Below are positions 18,218-27,232 of a stretch of DNA of 64,000 nt, piece by piece. The first letter of the stretch is position 1. Every line of letters begins with the position of its first letter. The translations under genes were made by a program, and so were the position numbers. Below the pieces are notes generated by a model. The model searched no databases. It was not told the origin of the DNA and was given only the letters and a program-made list of their open reading frames with translations. The stretch is from positions 2,592,001 to 2,656,000 of the forward strand of contig OZ245817.1 in assembly GCA_965228475.1 (NCBI GenBank), given 5' to 3'. The stretch comes from Myxococcota bacterium (GTDB taxonomy: Bacteria > Myxococcota_A > UBA9160 > JAFDDA01).

Positions 18218-19363
18218 ATGAAGGACGAAGCGTTCATCGTCCGTCGTAGACGGGCCCGTTCGACGCCGATGCGCTCACGCCGCATCGGCGCGGCCCTCGC
18301 TGCGGGCGGGGCCGGCGGCGGCAGCGGCGCCCCCGTCGAGTTCCCGGGCATCGACTTCGAAGACAAGGACCAGGCCGGCGGCCGCTGGGCCGGAATGGGC
18401 CTGGCCGCCCTGATCCACGGAGGGTTTCTCGCCTTCCTGATGGCCCTGGCGGCCCTGAACCCCGAGATCGCCGAAGAGATCATCGAGCTCCAGCTCATGA
18501 AGGAGCCGCCCGCCGCCAAGACCGACCCGGCGCCCGCCCGCCGCGTCGTCGCCGAGCGCCGCTCCGCGAACTTCGCGCCCCAGGCCCAGGCCCTGAAGGC
18601 CGACGTCGCGAACCCGAAGGTCGTGGCCCGCCGCTCGGCCATCGCCTCCAAGGCCTTCCAGGTCGACGCCGCCGGCGCGCGCGTCGCTCCCCGCCAGGTC
18701 ACCCGCGCGCGGGTCAACACCACGCGCGTGAACGCGATTGCCACCGTCGCCCAGCCGACCCGCACGGACCTGAACGTCGCCGACAGCGCGGCCCCGGCCC
18801 TGCGCTCGGCGAGCGTCACCGGGCCGACCGGCCCCTCGGTGGGCCCGCGCCAGATCGTCGCCAAGGGCGACTCGATCGGAACCGGGCCCTCCATGGTGAT
18901 CGGGCTCGGCGACACCTCCTCCGTACGCGACGGCATCGATTCCGACCGCGACGTGCTCGGCTCGAGCACGGGGCCGCGGCTCGCCAACGTCGACACCGCC
19001 ATCGGCCAGGGCCTCATGGACGGCAGCGGCGGCACGGGGCGCGGCGGCGTCGCCATGGGCGACTGCTATAAGCTGCCGGAGGTGCTCCAGTACCTCGAGT
19101 CGGTAAAGGTGAGAACGTTGGCTCGCTGGGTTCTCCCCCCGAACATCCCGGCCAACCAAGAGGTGGCCCTGCGCTTCAGGATTGACCCGGCAGGGACGGC
19201 CACGCGCGTCGACGTCGTCAGGACCGAGAACCAGGCGCTTGGCCAGAGCGCGGTAGACGCCCTCAAGAACGCTTCACCCTTCCCCGCCATGTCCGGCCGC
19301 GCGCGCTGCCTCTCGCGCGAACCCATCGTCGCGACGTTCCGCAACCCGAACGCCAGCGGATAG
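18218..19363 (+). CDS. TonB/TolA-like energy transducer
   Basis: Single TM helix with His (AALIHGG), Ala/Arg/Val-rich then Gly-rich linker, C-terminal TonB_2/TolA-like domain (RW.LP...FRIDPAG...SAVDALKNASPFP). Divergent from exbBD. Confidence 0.82.
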   Translation: MKDEAFIVRRRRARSTPMRSRRIGAALAAGGAGGGSGAPVEFPGIDFEDKDQAGGRWAGMGLAALIHGGFLAFLMALAALNPEIAEEIIELQLMKEPPAAKTDPAPARRVVAERRSANFAPQAQALKADVANPKVVARRSAIASKAFQVDAAGARVAPRQVTRARVNTTRVNAIATVAQPTRTDLNVADSAAPALRSASVTGPTGPSVGPRQIVAKGDSIGTGPSMVIGLGDTSSVRDGIDSDRDVLGSSTGPRLANVDTAIGQGLMDGSGGTGRGGVAMGDCYKLPEVLQYLESVKVRTLARWVLPPNIPANQEVALRFRIDPAGTATRVDVVRTENQALGQSAVDALKNASPFPAMSGRARCLSREPIVATFRNPNASG

Positions 19364-19372
19364 ACTCCTCTC

Positions 19373-22300
19373 GTGATCGCCCGACGCTTCCTTGCCCCGT
19401 TGATCGTCCTGACCCTCGCCACCGGCAGCCCACCGGCAGCGGGCCGCTCGCCCGTCGTCCTCGAGTACGACGACGCCGAGCAGCTCAAGCTGAAGAAGGT
19501 CGATACCAACGGCGACGGCATGTACGACGAGCTCGTCCACTACCAGGACGGCAAGACGGTTCGGGCCGAGCGCGACGACGACCACGACGGCCGCATGGAC
19601 GTGACCATCCACTTCCGGGACGACGGCAAGACCCGGCTTCGCCAGGAGCGCGACACGAGCGGCAACGGCCGCATCGACCAGTGGGTCGACTTCGACGCCA
19701 ACGACCAGCCCGCCCTCCAGAAGACCGACCGCAACCAGGACGGCAAGCCCGATGCCACCATCACCTACCACCGCGGCCAGCCCGCCTCCGAAGAGCACGA
19801 TTCGAACTTCGACGGCAAGCCCGACCGCTTCGTCCGCTACGAGGGCGGAAAGCTCTCCTCGATCGACGAGGATCAGACCTACGACGGGAAGATCGACGTC
19901 CACGCGGTCTACGGCGCCGACGGCGAGAAGATCCGCGAGAAGCAGGACACCACGGGCGACGGCAACTTCGACGTCACCATCAACTACGAGAACGGGAAGA
20001 AGGTCCTGCTCTCCGAGGACGCCGACGCCAACGGCAAGCTCGAGCGCGTGACCTACTACCGCGACGAGGTCGTCACCAAGCGCGAGGCGGACACCACCGG
20101 GGACGGCCACTTCGACACCGTGGCCCTCTTCGAGGGCGGCACCGAGCGTTTCCAGTACCGCGACGAGGACGGCGACGGGCAGAACGAGTTCGTCATCACC
20201 TTCGCCGCCAACGGCGACCGGGAGCTCGAGGAGATCGACACCGACGGCGACGGGCGCCACGATGTCGTCCGCCGCTTCGAGAACGGCTTGAAGGCCCGCG
20301 AAGAGGAAGACCAGAACCACGACGGCAAGGTCGACCTGATCCGCGAGTTCCAGGGCGACCTGATCCTGAAGAGCCGGGCCGACGTGAACTTCGACGGCCG
20401 CATGGACACCTTCGTCGAGTACGCCGGCGGCGCCAAGCTCGAGCAGACCGAAGACCGCAACGGCGACCGCAAGCCCGACGCCCTCTACCGCTTCGACGAA
20501 AAGGGCCAGGTCGAGCTCGAGCAATTCGACGAGGACTTCGACGGCCACTACGAGATCGTGGCCGAGCGCAGCGGCGGGAAGATCGTGCGGCGCTCCGTCG
20601 ACGCCAAGAAGAAGGGCTCCCCCCAGCGCATCGAGCAGTTCGACGCGAACGAGCGGCTCGTGCAGGTCCAGCTCGACGAGAACGTCGACGGCCGCATCGA
20701 CGTGTGGAACTTCTATGGTGGGGGCAAGCGCCTCGTCCGCCAGGAGCAGGACCAGGACTTCGACGGGAACCCCGACGCCTGGATCGAGCTCGACCCGAAC
20801 ACCGGCAAGGAGACCGCCGTCCGCCGCGACACGGACGGCGACGGCAAACCCGACGTGTTTCGGCAGAACGACGTGAACGGCGTCGCCCAGAAGGTCGAGG
20901 AAGACCGCGACAAGGACGGCAAGGCGGACCGCTTCGTCTTCTACGAGGGCGGCCAGGCGGCCCGGTTCGAAGAGGACGACGACGGGGACGGCAAGCCCGA
21001 CGTCCGCGGCACGCTCGACGCCGACGGCAAGGTGGCCTTCGAGGAGCGCGAGCCCACGCGGGGCGGCGCCTTCAACCTTCGCGTCTTCTACGAAGGCGGC
21101 GAGAAGGTCAAGGAAGAGCGGGCCACCAAGGGCGATGGCAAGATCGACGTCGTCACCTTCTTTGCGGACGGCAAGCAGACCCGCCAGCAGCAGGACACGA
21201 CGGGCAAGGGTTCCTTCGACTCGACCATCGTCTTCGCCGACGGCAAGCAGGCCGAGCAGAGCCTCGACACCGACGGCGACGGCAAGCCCGACCAGGTCAC
21301 CCGCTTCGATTCGGACGGCCGCCCCGAGCGCGAGGAGATCGACCGCAACGGCGACGGCAAGCCCGACTTCGTGAAGTCCTACTCGCGCGGCAAGCTCGTC
21401 CGCGAAGAGGAAGACCGCGATCAGGACGGCGACTTCGACCTCGTCACCGAGTACGACGACGAGCTGCCGAAGCGCTCCGTCGAGGACGCCGACGGCGACG
21501 GCCGGCCCGAGATCGTGATCGACTACGAGAACGGGAAGAAAGCACGCCAGGAAGAAGACCCGGGCTCGGACGGACGCATCGACGTGGTCACCGTCTTCGA
21601 CGCGAACGAGCGGCCCGCCCGCATCGAAGTCGACGGCGACGAGGACGGACGCCGCGAAACCGTGCAGACCTTCACCGCCGGCCAGCTCGTGCGCGAAGAG
21701 AAGGACATGAACGGCGACGGGAAGCCGGACGTGATCTCGGAGTTCGAGAACGGCAAGCTCGCGCGCCAGGAGAAGGACGTCGACTTCGACGGCAAGCCCG
21801 ACCAGCGCGTCGTGGCCGGCGCCGACGGTGCCGCCGTGCAGGAGGCCGACTCCGATGGTGACGGCAAGATCGACACCTGGATCACCCTCGACGACCAGGG
21901 CCGCCCGAAACTCCGGCGCGAGGACCGCAACGGCGACGGCAAGCCCGAGCTCGTCGCGACCTTCAAGAACGGCGTGATCCAGCGCCTCGAGGAGGACGTG
22001 AACGGCGCGGGCTGCTTCACCCTGGTCCAGGACCACGACGCCGCCGGCGAGATCTCCTACGAGAAGCGGGACGCCAACGACGACTGCAAGTTCGACCTCT
22101 GGACCTGGCTCCAGAACGGCAAGATCCGCAAGCAGGCCGAGGACCCGCGCGGGACCGGCAAGGCCACCGTGCTCACCAAGTACGACGCCCAGCAGCGGCC
22201 CCAGCTCCAGGAGGTCGTGAGCGAGGGCAAGCGCCGGCCGGACAAGAAGCTCTTCCTACGCGCCAACGGCACCGTGCGCTCCCAGTGCGTGGACGGCGAC

Positions 22301-22636
22301 GGCAACGGCCGCCTCGACACGCGCATCCGCCTCGACGATGGCGGCAACGTCTCCGAAGTCGCCCTCGACACGGACGGCAACGGGGGCGTCGACCAGCAGG
22401 AGATCTACTCGGGCGGCATTCTCGTCCGCTTCGACGCGGACACCAACGCGGACGGCAAGGCCGACGTCGTCGAGCACCGCCAGGGCGACACCGTCACGCA
22501 CCAGGACCAGGACAGCGACTTCGACGGCGTGCTCGACTACCGCTTCGTCGGCGAGCAGGCGACCGAGATCAAGACGAAGGTCCCGGCCTTCGGGAGCCTC
22601 GGCTGCGGCAACTTCGATCCGTTCTGGCGGAGCTGA
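19373..22636 (+). CDS. Large secreted protein made of about 42 tandem Dx[DN]xDG-xxD repeats (24-26 aa)
   Basis: Signal peptide MIARRFLAPLIVLTLA. Manual parse gives 42 units such as DTDGDGKPDQVTRFDSDGRPEREEI. Lies 9 nt downstream of the TonB-like gene. Confidence 0.9.
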   Translation: MIARRFLAPLIVLTLATGSPPAAGRSPVVLEYDDAEQLKLKKVDTNGDGMYDELVHYQDGKTVRAERDDDHDGRMDVTIHFRDDGKTRLRQERDTSGNGRIDQWVDFDANDQPALQKTDRNQDGKPDATITYHRGQPASEEHDSNFDGKPDRFVRYEGGKLSSIDEDQTYDGKIDVHAVYGADGEKIREKQDTTGDGNFDVTINYENGKKVLLSEDADANGKLERVTYYRDEVVTKREADTTGDGHFDTVALFEGGTERFQYRDEDGDGQNEFVITFAANGDRELEEIDTDGDGRHDVVRRFENGLKAREEEDQNHDGKVDLIREFQGDLILKSRADVNFDGRMDTFVEYAGGAKLEQTEDRNGDRKPDALYRFDEKGQVELEQFDEDFDGHYEIVAERSGGKIVRRSVDAKKKGSPQRIEQFDANERLVQVQLDENVDGRIDVWNFYGGGKRLVRQEQDQDFDGNPDAWIELDPNTGKETAVRRDTDGDGKPDVFRQNDVNGVAQKVEEDRDKDGKADRFVFYEGGQAARFEEDDDGDGKPDVRGTLDADGKVAFEEREPTRGGAFNLRVFYEGGEKVKEERATKGDGKIDVVTFFADGKQTRQQQDTTGKGSFDSTIVFADGKQAEQSLDTDGDGKPDQVTRFDSDGRPEREEIDRNGDGKPDFVKSYSRGKLVREEEDRDQDGDFDLVTEYDDELPKRSVEDADGDGRPEIVIDYENGKKARQEEDPGSDGRIDVVTVFDANERPARIEVDGDEDGRRETVQTFTAGQLVREEKDMNGDGKPDVISEFENGKLARQEKDVDFDGKPDQRVVAGADGAAVQEADSDGDGKIDTWITLDDQGRPKLRREDRNGDGKPELVATFKNGVIQRLEEDVNGAGCFTLVQDHDAAGEISYEKRDANDDCKFDLWTWLQNGKIRKQAEDPRGTGKATVLTKYDAQQRPQLQEVVSEGKRRPDKKLFLRANGTVRSQCVDGDGNGRLDTRIRLDDGGNVSEVALDTDGNGGVDQQEIYSGGILVRFDADTNADGKADVVEHRQGDTVTHQDQDSDFDGVLDYRFVGEQATEIKTKVPAFGSLGCGNFDPFWRS

Positions 22637-22651
22637 CCGGCTCCCCAGCCC

Positions 22652-22969
22652 CTACGGACAGCTGTAGATCCCGTAGACCCGCTCGCCCGAGGCCACGTCT
22701 TCGAGGGGCGACACGGCGTTCCCGCCCATGTTCACCGCTTCCTGACGCGCCAGCCGTTCGAGCTCCTCTTCGACCTTGCTCCCGCGGCGCGGGATGAAGC
22801 CGACCTTGTCGAGCGTTCGGGTGTGGGTCTTCCCGAGGCGCTTACATCCGGCCACGTCGCCCGCCGCCCGGACGTTCACGGCTTCCGCGCGCGGCCCGAG
22901 GGCGACCCAGGTGCAACCCGTCGCCAAGAGACCGCCCAGAACGGCCGCGGAGATCGTTCGTCTGCTCAT
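22652..22969 (-). CDS. DUF4156-like small lipoprotein
   Basis: Lipobox LATG-C, GCKRLG, LARQEAVNMGGNAV and terminal YSCP. Confidence 0.75.
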   Translation of the reverse strand: MSRRTISAAVLGGLLATGCTWVALGPRAEAVNVRAAGDVAGCKRLGKTHTRTLDKVGFIPRRGSKVEEELERLARQEAVNMGGNAVSPLEDVASGERVYGIYSCP

Positions 22970-23130
22970 GCCTTCGGATCCTCCTCCACGAATGGACGCC
23001 GCTGCCGGGCTCCGAGTTCTCGGAAGGGCGAAACGCCGGCCGGCCCCGGGCCAACCCGGGCGAGGTTCGCCCGTTTCGCCCGGCTTCGCCCACCCGGGCG
23101 TGCGCGGCGCCGACTCTGCCGCCCGCCGCG

Positions 23131-23146
23131 CGGCATGCCTCTTGCT
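23131..23146 (+). promoter_or_regulatory. Sigma54 -24/-12 promoter
   Basis: CGGCATG-CCTC-TTGCT (GG-N10-GC), upstream of an AGGAGGA RBS and the sigma54 activator gene. Confidence 0.7.
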
Positions 23147-23181
23147 CTCCCCCTGCACGGGACGGGGAACAGGAGGAAACC

Positions 23182-24528
23182 GTGAAGCTTCGTACGATTC
23201 TCTGGGTGGGTTCGGGGGACGGCCGCGGCGCGAGCGTCGTCAGCGATGCCGTGAGCCTCGACGTGGCCTGGGCGCGGGATGCGGAGGACGCCCTGGCCCT
23301 CCCCCTCGCCGCCTTCGAGGCGCTCGTGGTGGATGCCGGCTCGGCCCGCACGGCGCGCGCGACGATCGCGGCATTGCGCGAGGCGGAACCGAGCGCGGCC
23401 ATCCTCGTGCGGATCGACCCCGCCGAGCGCGCGGACGCGGCCCTGCTCGAGAGCGCGGGTGCCTCGCGCGTGATGCTGCGCCCGACCGAACACGCCCGGC
23501 CCGGCGCCGACGCCGAGGCGATCGTGCAGGAGCTCGACCGTCTCCCCCGCAGAAGCCCTTCCACCCCGCCGCCGGCGCGCGGGCTCGACGCCCTCGTCGG
23601 GAACAGCCGCGCACTGCAGGCCCTGCGAACCCTCGCGCGCCGCGCCGCGCGCTCCCAGGCCTCGATTCTCGTCTCGGGCGAGACGGGGACCGGCAAGGAG
23701 CTGCTCGCGCGTGCGATCCACGAAGAAAGCCCGCGCAGCAAGGGCCCCTTCATTGCGATCAACTGCGCCGCGTTCCCCGAGACCCTGCTCGAGAGCGAAC
23801 TCTTCGGCCACGCCAAGGGCGCCTTCACGGGCGCCGACCGGGAGCGCAAGGGCCTGTTCGCCGCAGCCGACCGCGGCACGCTCTTCCTCGACGAAGTCGG
23901 CGAGACCTCCGCCGGGCTCCAGGCGAAGCTCCTGCGGGCGCTGCAGGAGGGCGAGGTCCGGCCCGTAGGAGGAACGGCCGCGCGGCGGGTGGACGCGCGC
24001 ATCGTCGCCGCCACCAACCGCGACCTCGAAGAGGAGATCGAACGCGGCGGCTTCCGCGAAGACCTCTTCTACCGCCTCGCCGTCTTCCCGCTCCGCATGC
24101 CCTCGCTGCGGGAGCGCATCGACGACGTCGTCCCCCTGGCCGAACACTTCACCGCACGGCAGGCCGAGAAGCGTGGCGAACTCGTCTCTCGCTTGGCCCC
24201 GGCGGCAGAAGAGATCCTCCAGCTCCACGCCTGGCCGGGAAACGTCCGCGAGCTCCAGAACGAGATCGAACGCGCGCTCGCCCTGGCGGAGCCCGGCCAG
24301 CCGCTCCGCCCGGAACACTTCTCCGAACGGCTGGCCTCGGCCCGCGGCGCCCTCGGCAACGTCACGGGCCCCACCGGCACCCTGCGCGACGCCATGGACC
24401 GCGTCGAGGCCTGGTACCTCCGCCGCGCCCTCGCCGAAAACGCCGGCCGCCGCGCGGCCACGGCGCGCAAGCTCGGCATCACGCGCGAGGGGCTCTACAA
24501 GAAGATGAAGCGGCTGGGGGTCGAGTGA
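23182..24528 (+). CDS. Sigma54-dependent Fis-family enhancer-binding protein with degenerate receiver domain
   Basis: GETGTGKE, ESELFGH, GAFTGA, LFLDEVG, FREDLFYRL, WPGNVREL and C-terminal Fis HTH. Confidence 0.95.
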   Translation: MKLRTILWVGSGDGRGASVVSDAVSLDVAWARDAEDALALPLAAFEALVVDAGSARTARATIAALREAEPSAAILVRIDPAERADAALLESAGASRVMLRPTEHARPGADAEAIVQELDRLPRRSPSTPPPARGLDALVGNSRALQALRTLARRAARSQASILVSGETGTGKELLARAIHEESPRSKGPFIAINCAAFPETLLESELFGHAKGAFTGADRERKGLFAAADRGTLFLDEVGETSAGLQAKLLRALQEGEVRPVGGTAARRVDARIVAATNRDLEEEIERGGFREDLFYRLAVFPLRMPSLRERIDDVVPLAEHFTARQAEKRGELVSRLAPAAEEILQLHAWPGNVRELQNEIERALALAEPGQPLRPEHFSERLASARGALGNVTGPTGTLRDAMDRVEAWYLRRALAENAGRRAATARKLGITREGLYKKMKRLGVE

Positions 24529-24561
24529 GTGACCGCCGCGCGGCGACGGCGTTGTCCGGCT

Positions 24562-25476
24562 TCAATCTCGCCCGGCACTCGACTCGAGATGCCCCGCGAG
24601 CGCTTCCCCGAGAAAGTCGAAGACCAGCCGGATGCGCCGGCTGGTGTGAAGCTCGCGATGCGTCGCGAGCCAGAGGGGCATCGGAATGGGGGCAAGCTCG
24701 GGCAGTGCGCACTCGAGCTCCGGGATGCCCATCGCGATGTGGCTCGGCATGGGTGCAACGCCGAAGCCGCGCCGGACCAGCTCCACGACCACCGTGCCGC
24801 TCGACGTAGTGGTCCTGAAGTTGTCGGGCGTGAGGGACAGACCGAGCGCGTTCCACTCAGGAACGAACCGCTCTGGTTGCTCAGGCCCGACGAAGTCGGC
24901 CTCGGACAGATCCCGGGGGCCCGTGGGACGACCGTGCTCCTTCAAGTACTCGGACGACGCGTAGAAGCGAGCGTGAATCTCGCCGATCCGGCGGGCGATC
25001 AGGCTGGGCTGCTCGGGGCGAACGTGCCGGATCGCAATGTCTGCCTCACGCCGAGTCAGGTCATGCACCTCATTCGACGCGACGATCTCGATCTCGATCT
25101 GGGGCGCCACCTCCTGGAGCCCTTTCAACCATTCCGGGAGCAGATAGGTCGCGACCAGGTCGGAGGCCGAAACGCGGACCTGCCCCTCGATCGCTTGAGA
25201 CTGCCCGGACGCCGCCAGCGAGATGCGCGCGGCGGCAGCTCCCATTGCGCGGAAGTGCTCCAACAGATCGATCCCCGACCGGGTGAGGGACAAGGACCGC
25301 CCGCTCCTCTCGAACAGTGCCACGCCGAGTTCCGCCTCGAGGGCGCTCACCTGACGGCCGACTGTTGGCTGGGTAAGTCCCAGCACCCGCGCAGCTGCGG
25401 AAAGAGAGCCCTCATCTGCCGTCGCCAGGAACGCTCGCGCCTGGTTCCAATCGAAACGGATGGCTTGCCAATTCAT
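24562..25476 (-). CDS. LysR-family transcriptional regulator
   Basis: HTH EGSLSAAARVLGLTQPTVGRQVSALE and DLTRREADIAIR. Confidence 0.95.
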   Translation of the reverse strand: MNWQAIRFDWNQARAFLATADEGSLSAAARVLGLTQPTVGRQVSALEAELGVALFERSGRSLSLTRSGIDLLEHFRAMGAAAARISLAASGQSQAIEGQVRVSASDLVATYLLPEWLKGLQEVAPQIEIEIVASNEVHDLTRREADIAIRHVRPEQPSLIARRIGEIHARFYASSEYLKEHGRPTGPRDLSEADFVGPEQPERFVPEWNALGLSLTPDNFRTTTSSGTVVVELVRRGFGVAPMPSHIAMGIPELECALPELAPIPMPLWLATHRELHTSRRIRLVFDFLGEALAGHLESSAGRD

Positions 25477-25608
25477 GCATATACGCATATCAGATGCGCG
25501 ATTCTGGTCAATTGATCACAGAAATTCGCATGTCATGATCGGGTCTCGCCGCTCCAACGCGCTTTGCGCGTGGAACACCGCGGAGCACGCGTTCCGGAAA
25601 GGAGACCG

Positions 25609-26229
25609 ATGACTAAAGCCGCGCGCTTCTGGAACCGCCACGCCGACAGCTACGCGAAGAAACCGATCCAAGACGAGGCGAGCTTCCGCCAGACCCTGGA
25701 CCGGACCCGGAGCTACCTGTCGCCGGGCGATCGAGTCCTGGAGATCGGCTGCGGGACCGGGACGGCTGCGCTGCTGCTCGCACCGAGCGTCGCGCAGATC
25801 ACCGCCACCGACATCTCATCTCGCATGGTCGAGATCGGTCGGGAGAAGGCGGCAGCCGAGAACGTGGAGAACGTTCGCTTCGCGGAGGCGACGCTCTTCG
25901 ACGCGGATCTGGACCGCGGACCTTTCGACGTGATCACCGCCTTCAACAGCCTGCACGTGATCGGGAACCTCCCCGATGGCCTCGTCGAGATCAGGGAGCG
26001 TCTCGAGCCAGGCGGCTTCCTCATCTCGAAGACGCCCTGCGTTGGCGAGATGAACCCCCTCGTGCGCGTCGGCATCTCGGTGATGAAGCCGCTCGGCCTC
26101 GCGCCCCCCCTCGACTACCTGAGGGCGACGGAACTCGAGGACCACATCACGGGTGCGGGCTTCGCGATCCTCGAGACCGCCTTCCGTCCACACCCCGTCC
26201 GATTCATCGTGGCGCAGAAACCGGAGTAG
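25609..26229 (+). CDS. Class I SAM-dependent methyltransferase
   Basis: VLEIGCGTG, TDISSRM and LEPGG motifs; AAAGGAG RBS; divergent from LysR. Confidence 0.92.
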   Translation: MTKAARFWNRHADSYAKKPIQDEASFRQTLDRTRSYLSPGDRVLEIGCGTGTAALLLAPSVAQITATDISSRMVEIGREKAAAENVENVRFAEATLFDADLDRGPFDVITAFNSLHVIGNLPDGLVEIRERLEPGGFLISKTPCVGEMNPLVRVGISVMKPLGLAPPLDYLRATELEDHITGAGFAILETAFRPHPVRFIVAQKPE

Positions 26230-26408
26230 AGAAGCCACGACCCGGCAGGGTCCAGCTACGACCGCTCGTCTAAGCGGTGGACGCCCGCTTCGGCCGTCCA
26301 TCCGACCCATCTCGTCGAGACCTGGAACCGGGTTGGCGCTGGGCTTCCCGGGCCCGCGACACTACCGTCGAGCACGGAGAGCGCTCCCGCTCTCCAGGAG
26401 GAGGAACC

Positions 26409-27160
26409 ATGAGTCTCGAAGGCATGAACGCGGTCGTCACGGGAGCCGCATCGGGAATCGGCCGGGCTTCGGCCGTCCGCCTCGCCGAGGACGGTGCAGA
26501 CGTCGCGATCCTCGACGTCAACGAAGCGGTCTCGCCGGAACGGCGGAACTCGTGGAACGGGCCGGCCGACGCAGCCTGCCCGTTCGACTGGATCTCCTGG
26601 AGCGCGATGAAATCCGCGAAGCGTTCGACACCGTCCAGAAGAACCTCGGGGCGATCACGATCCTTCACAACAACGCTGGCGGGAGCCTGCGTGAAGGCAT
26701 CCGGACCTTCCCGAAGTCCGACCATGAGCAGTGGGACTACATGGTCACGCTCAACCTGCGGCAGGCGGTCGACTGCACCCGCCGGGTCCTGCCCGCGATG
26801 ATCGAGGCCCGGTACGGGCGGATCATCAACACGTCTTCCGAGATGGCCTTCCGAACCGGCCACGGCATGACCGACTACACGGCCGCGAAGGCGGGCCTGC
26901 TCGGGTTCACGCGCTCGCTCGCGAACGAGGTGGGCCAGTACGGGATCACGGTCAACGCCGTCTGCCCCGGGGCCACGCGCACGCCCCTCTCCGAGCGGAT
27001 GCCCGAGGAGCACATGCAGCGCACGGTCTCGCAGATTCCGCTCGGGCGCCTGGGCGAGCCCGAGGAGATCGCCCACGCCGTTTCGTTCTTCGCGAGCCCC
27101 GGAGCCTCCTACGTGACGGGCGAGCACCTGCTCGTCACGGGTGGCCGCACGGTGCATTGA
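26409..27160 (+). pseudogene. SDR (FabG-like) oxidoreductase split by a 1-nt frameshift near 26528 (real or sequencing error)
   Basis: N-terminal TGAASGIG is in one frame; NNAG, YTAAK and VNAVCPG are in another. Adding one G to gcggt gives continuous ...DVNEAGLAGTAELVE.... Confidence 0.85.
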
Positions 27161-27232
27161 GGCCCGCGAGACGCGCAACGAGAGGCTGAAGCGCCTCGCG
27201 GCCAAGTGGGGATGCCCCGCTACCCTGGGCGG

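Noticed and set aside
19373..22636. Periodic gacggcgacggcaagcccgac-like DNA repeats considered as a CRISPR array or VNTR
   Set aside because: They are in-frame, degenerate at synonymous positions and fully explained by the protein repeat. There is no constant repeat-spacer structure and no cas gene.
19373..22636. Repeat protein as an RHS/YD toxin
   Set aside because: No PxxxxDPxG core end, no C-terminal toxin domain, no immunity gene and no PAAR/VgrG neighbour.
26230..26408. Integron attC site or small RNA after the LysR/methyltransferase pair
   Set aside because: Several short hairpins are present, but no RYYYAAC...GTTRRRY boxes and no integron integrase.
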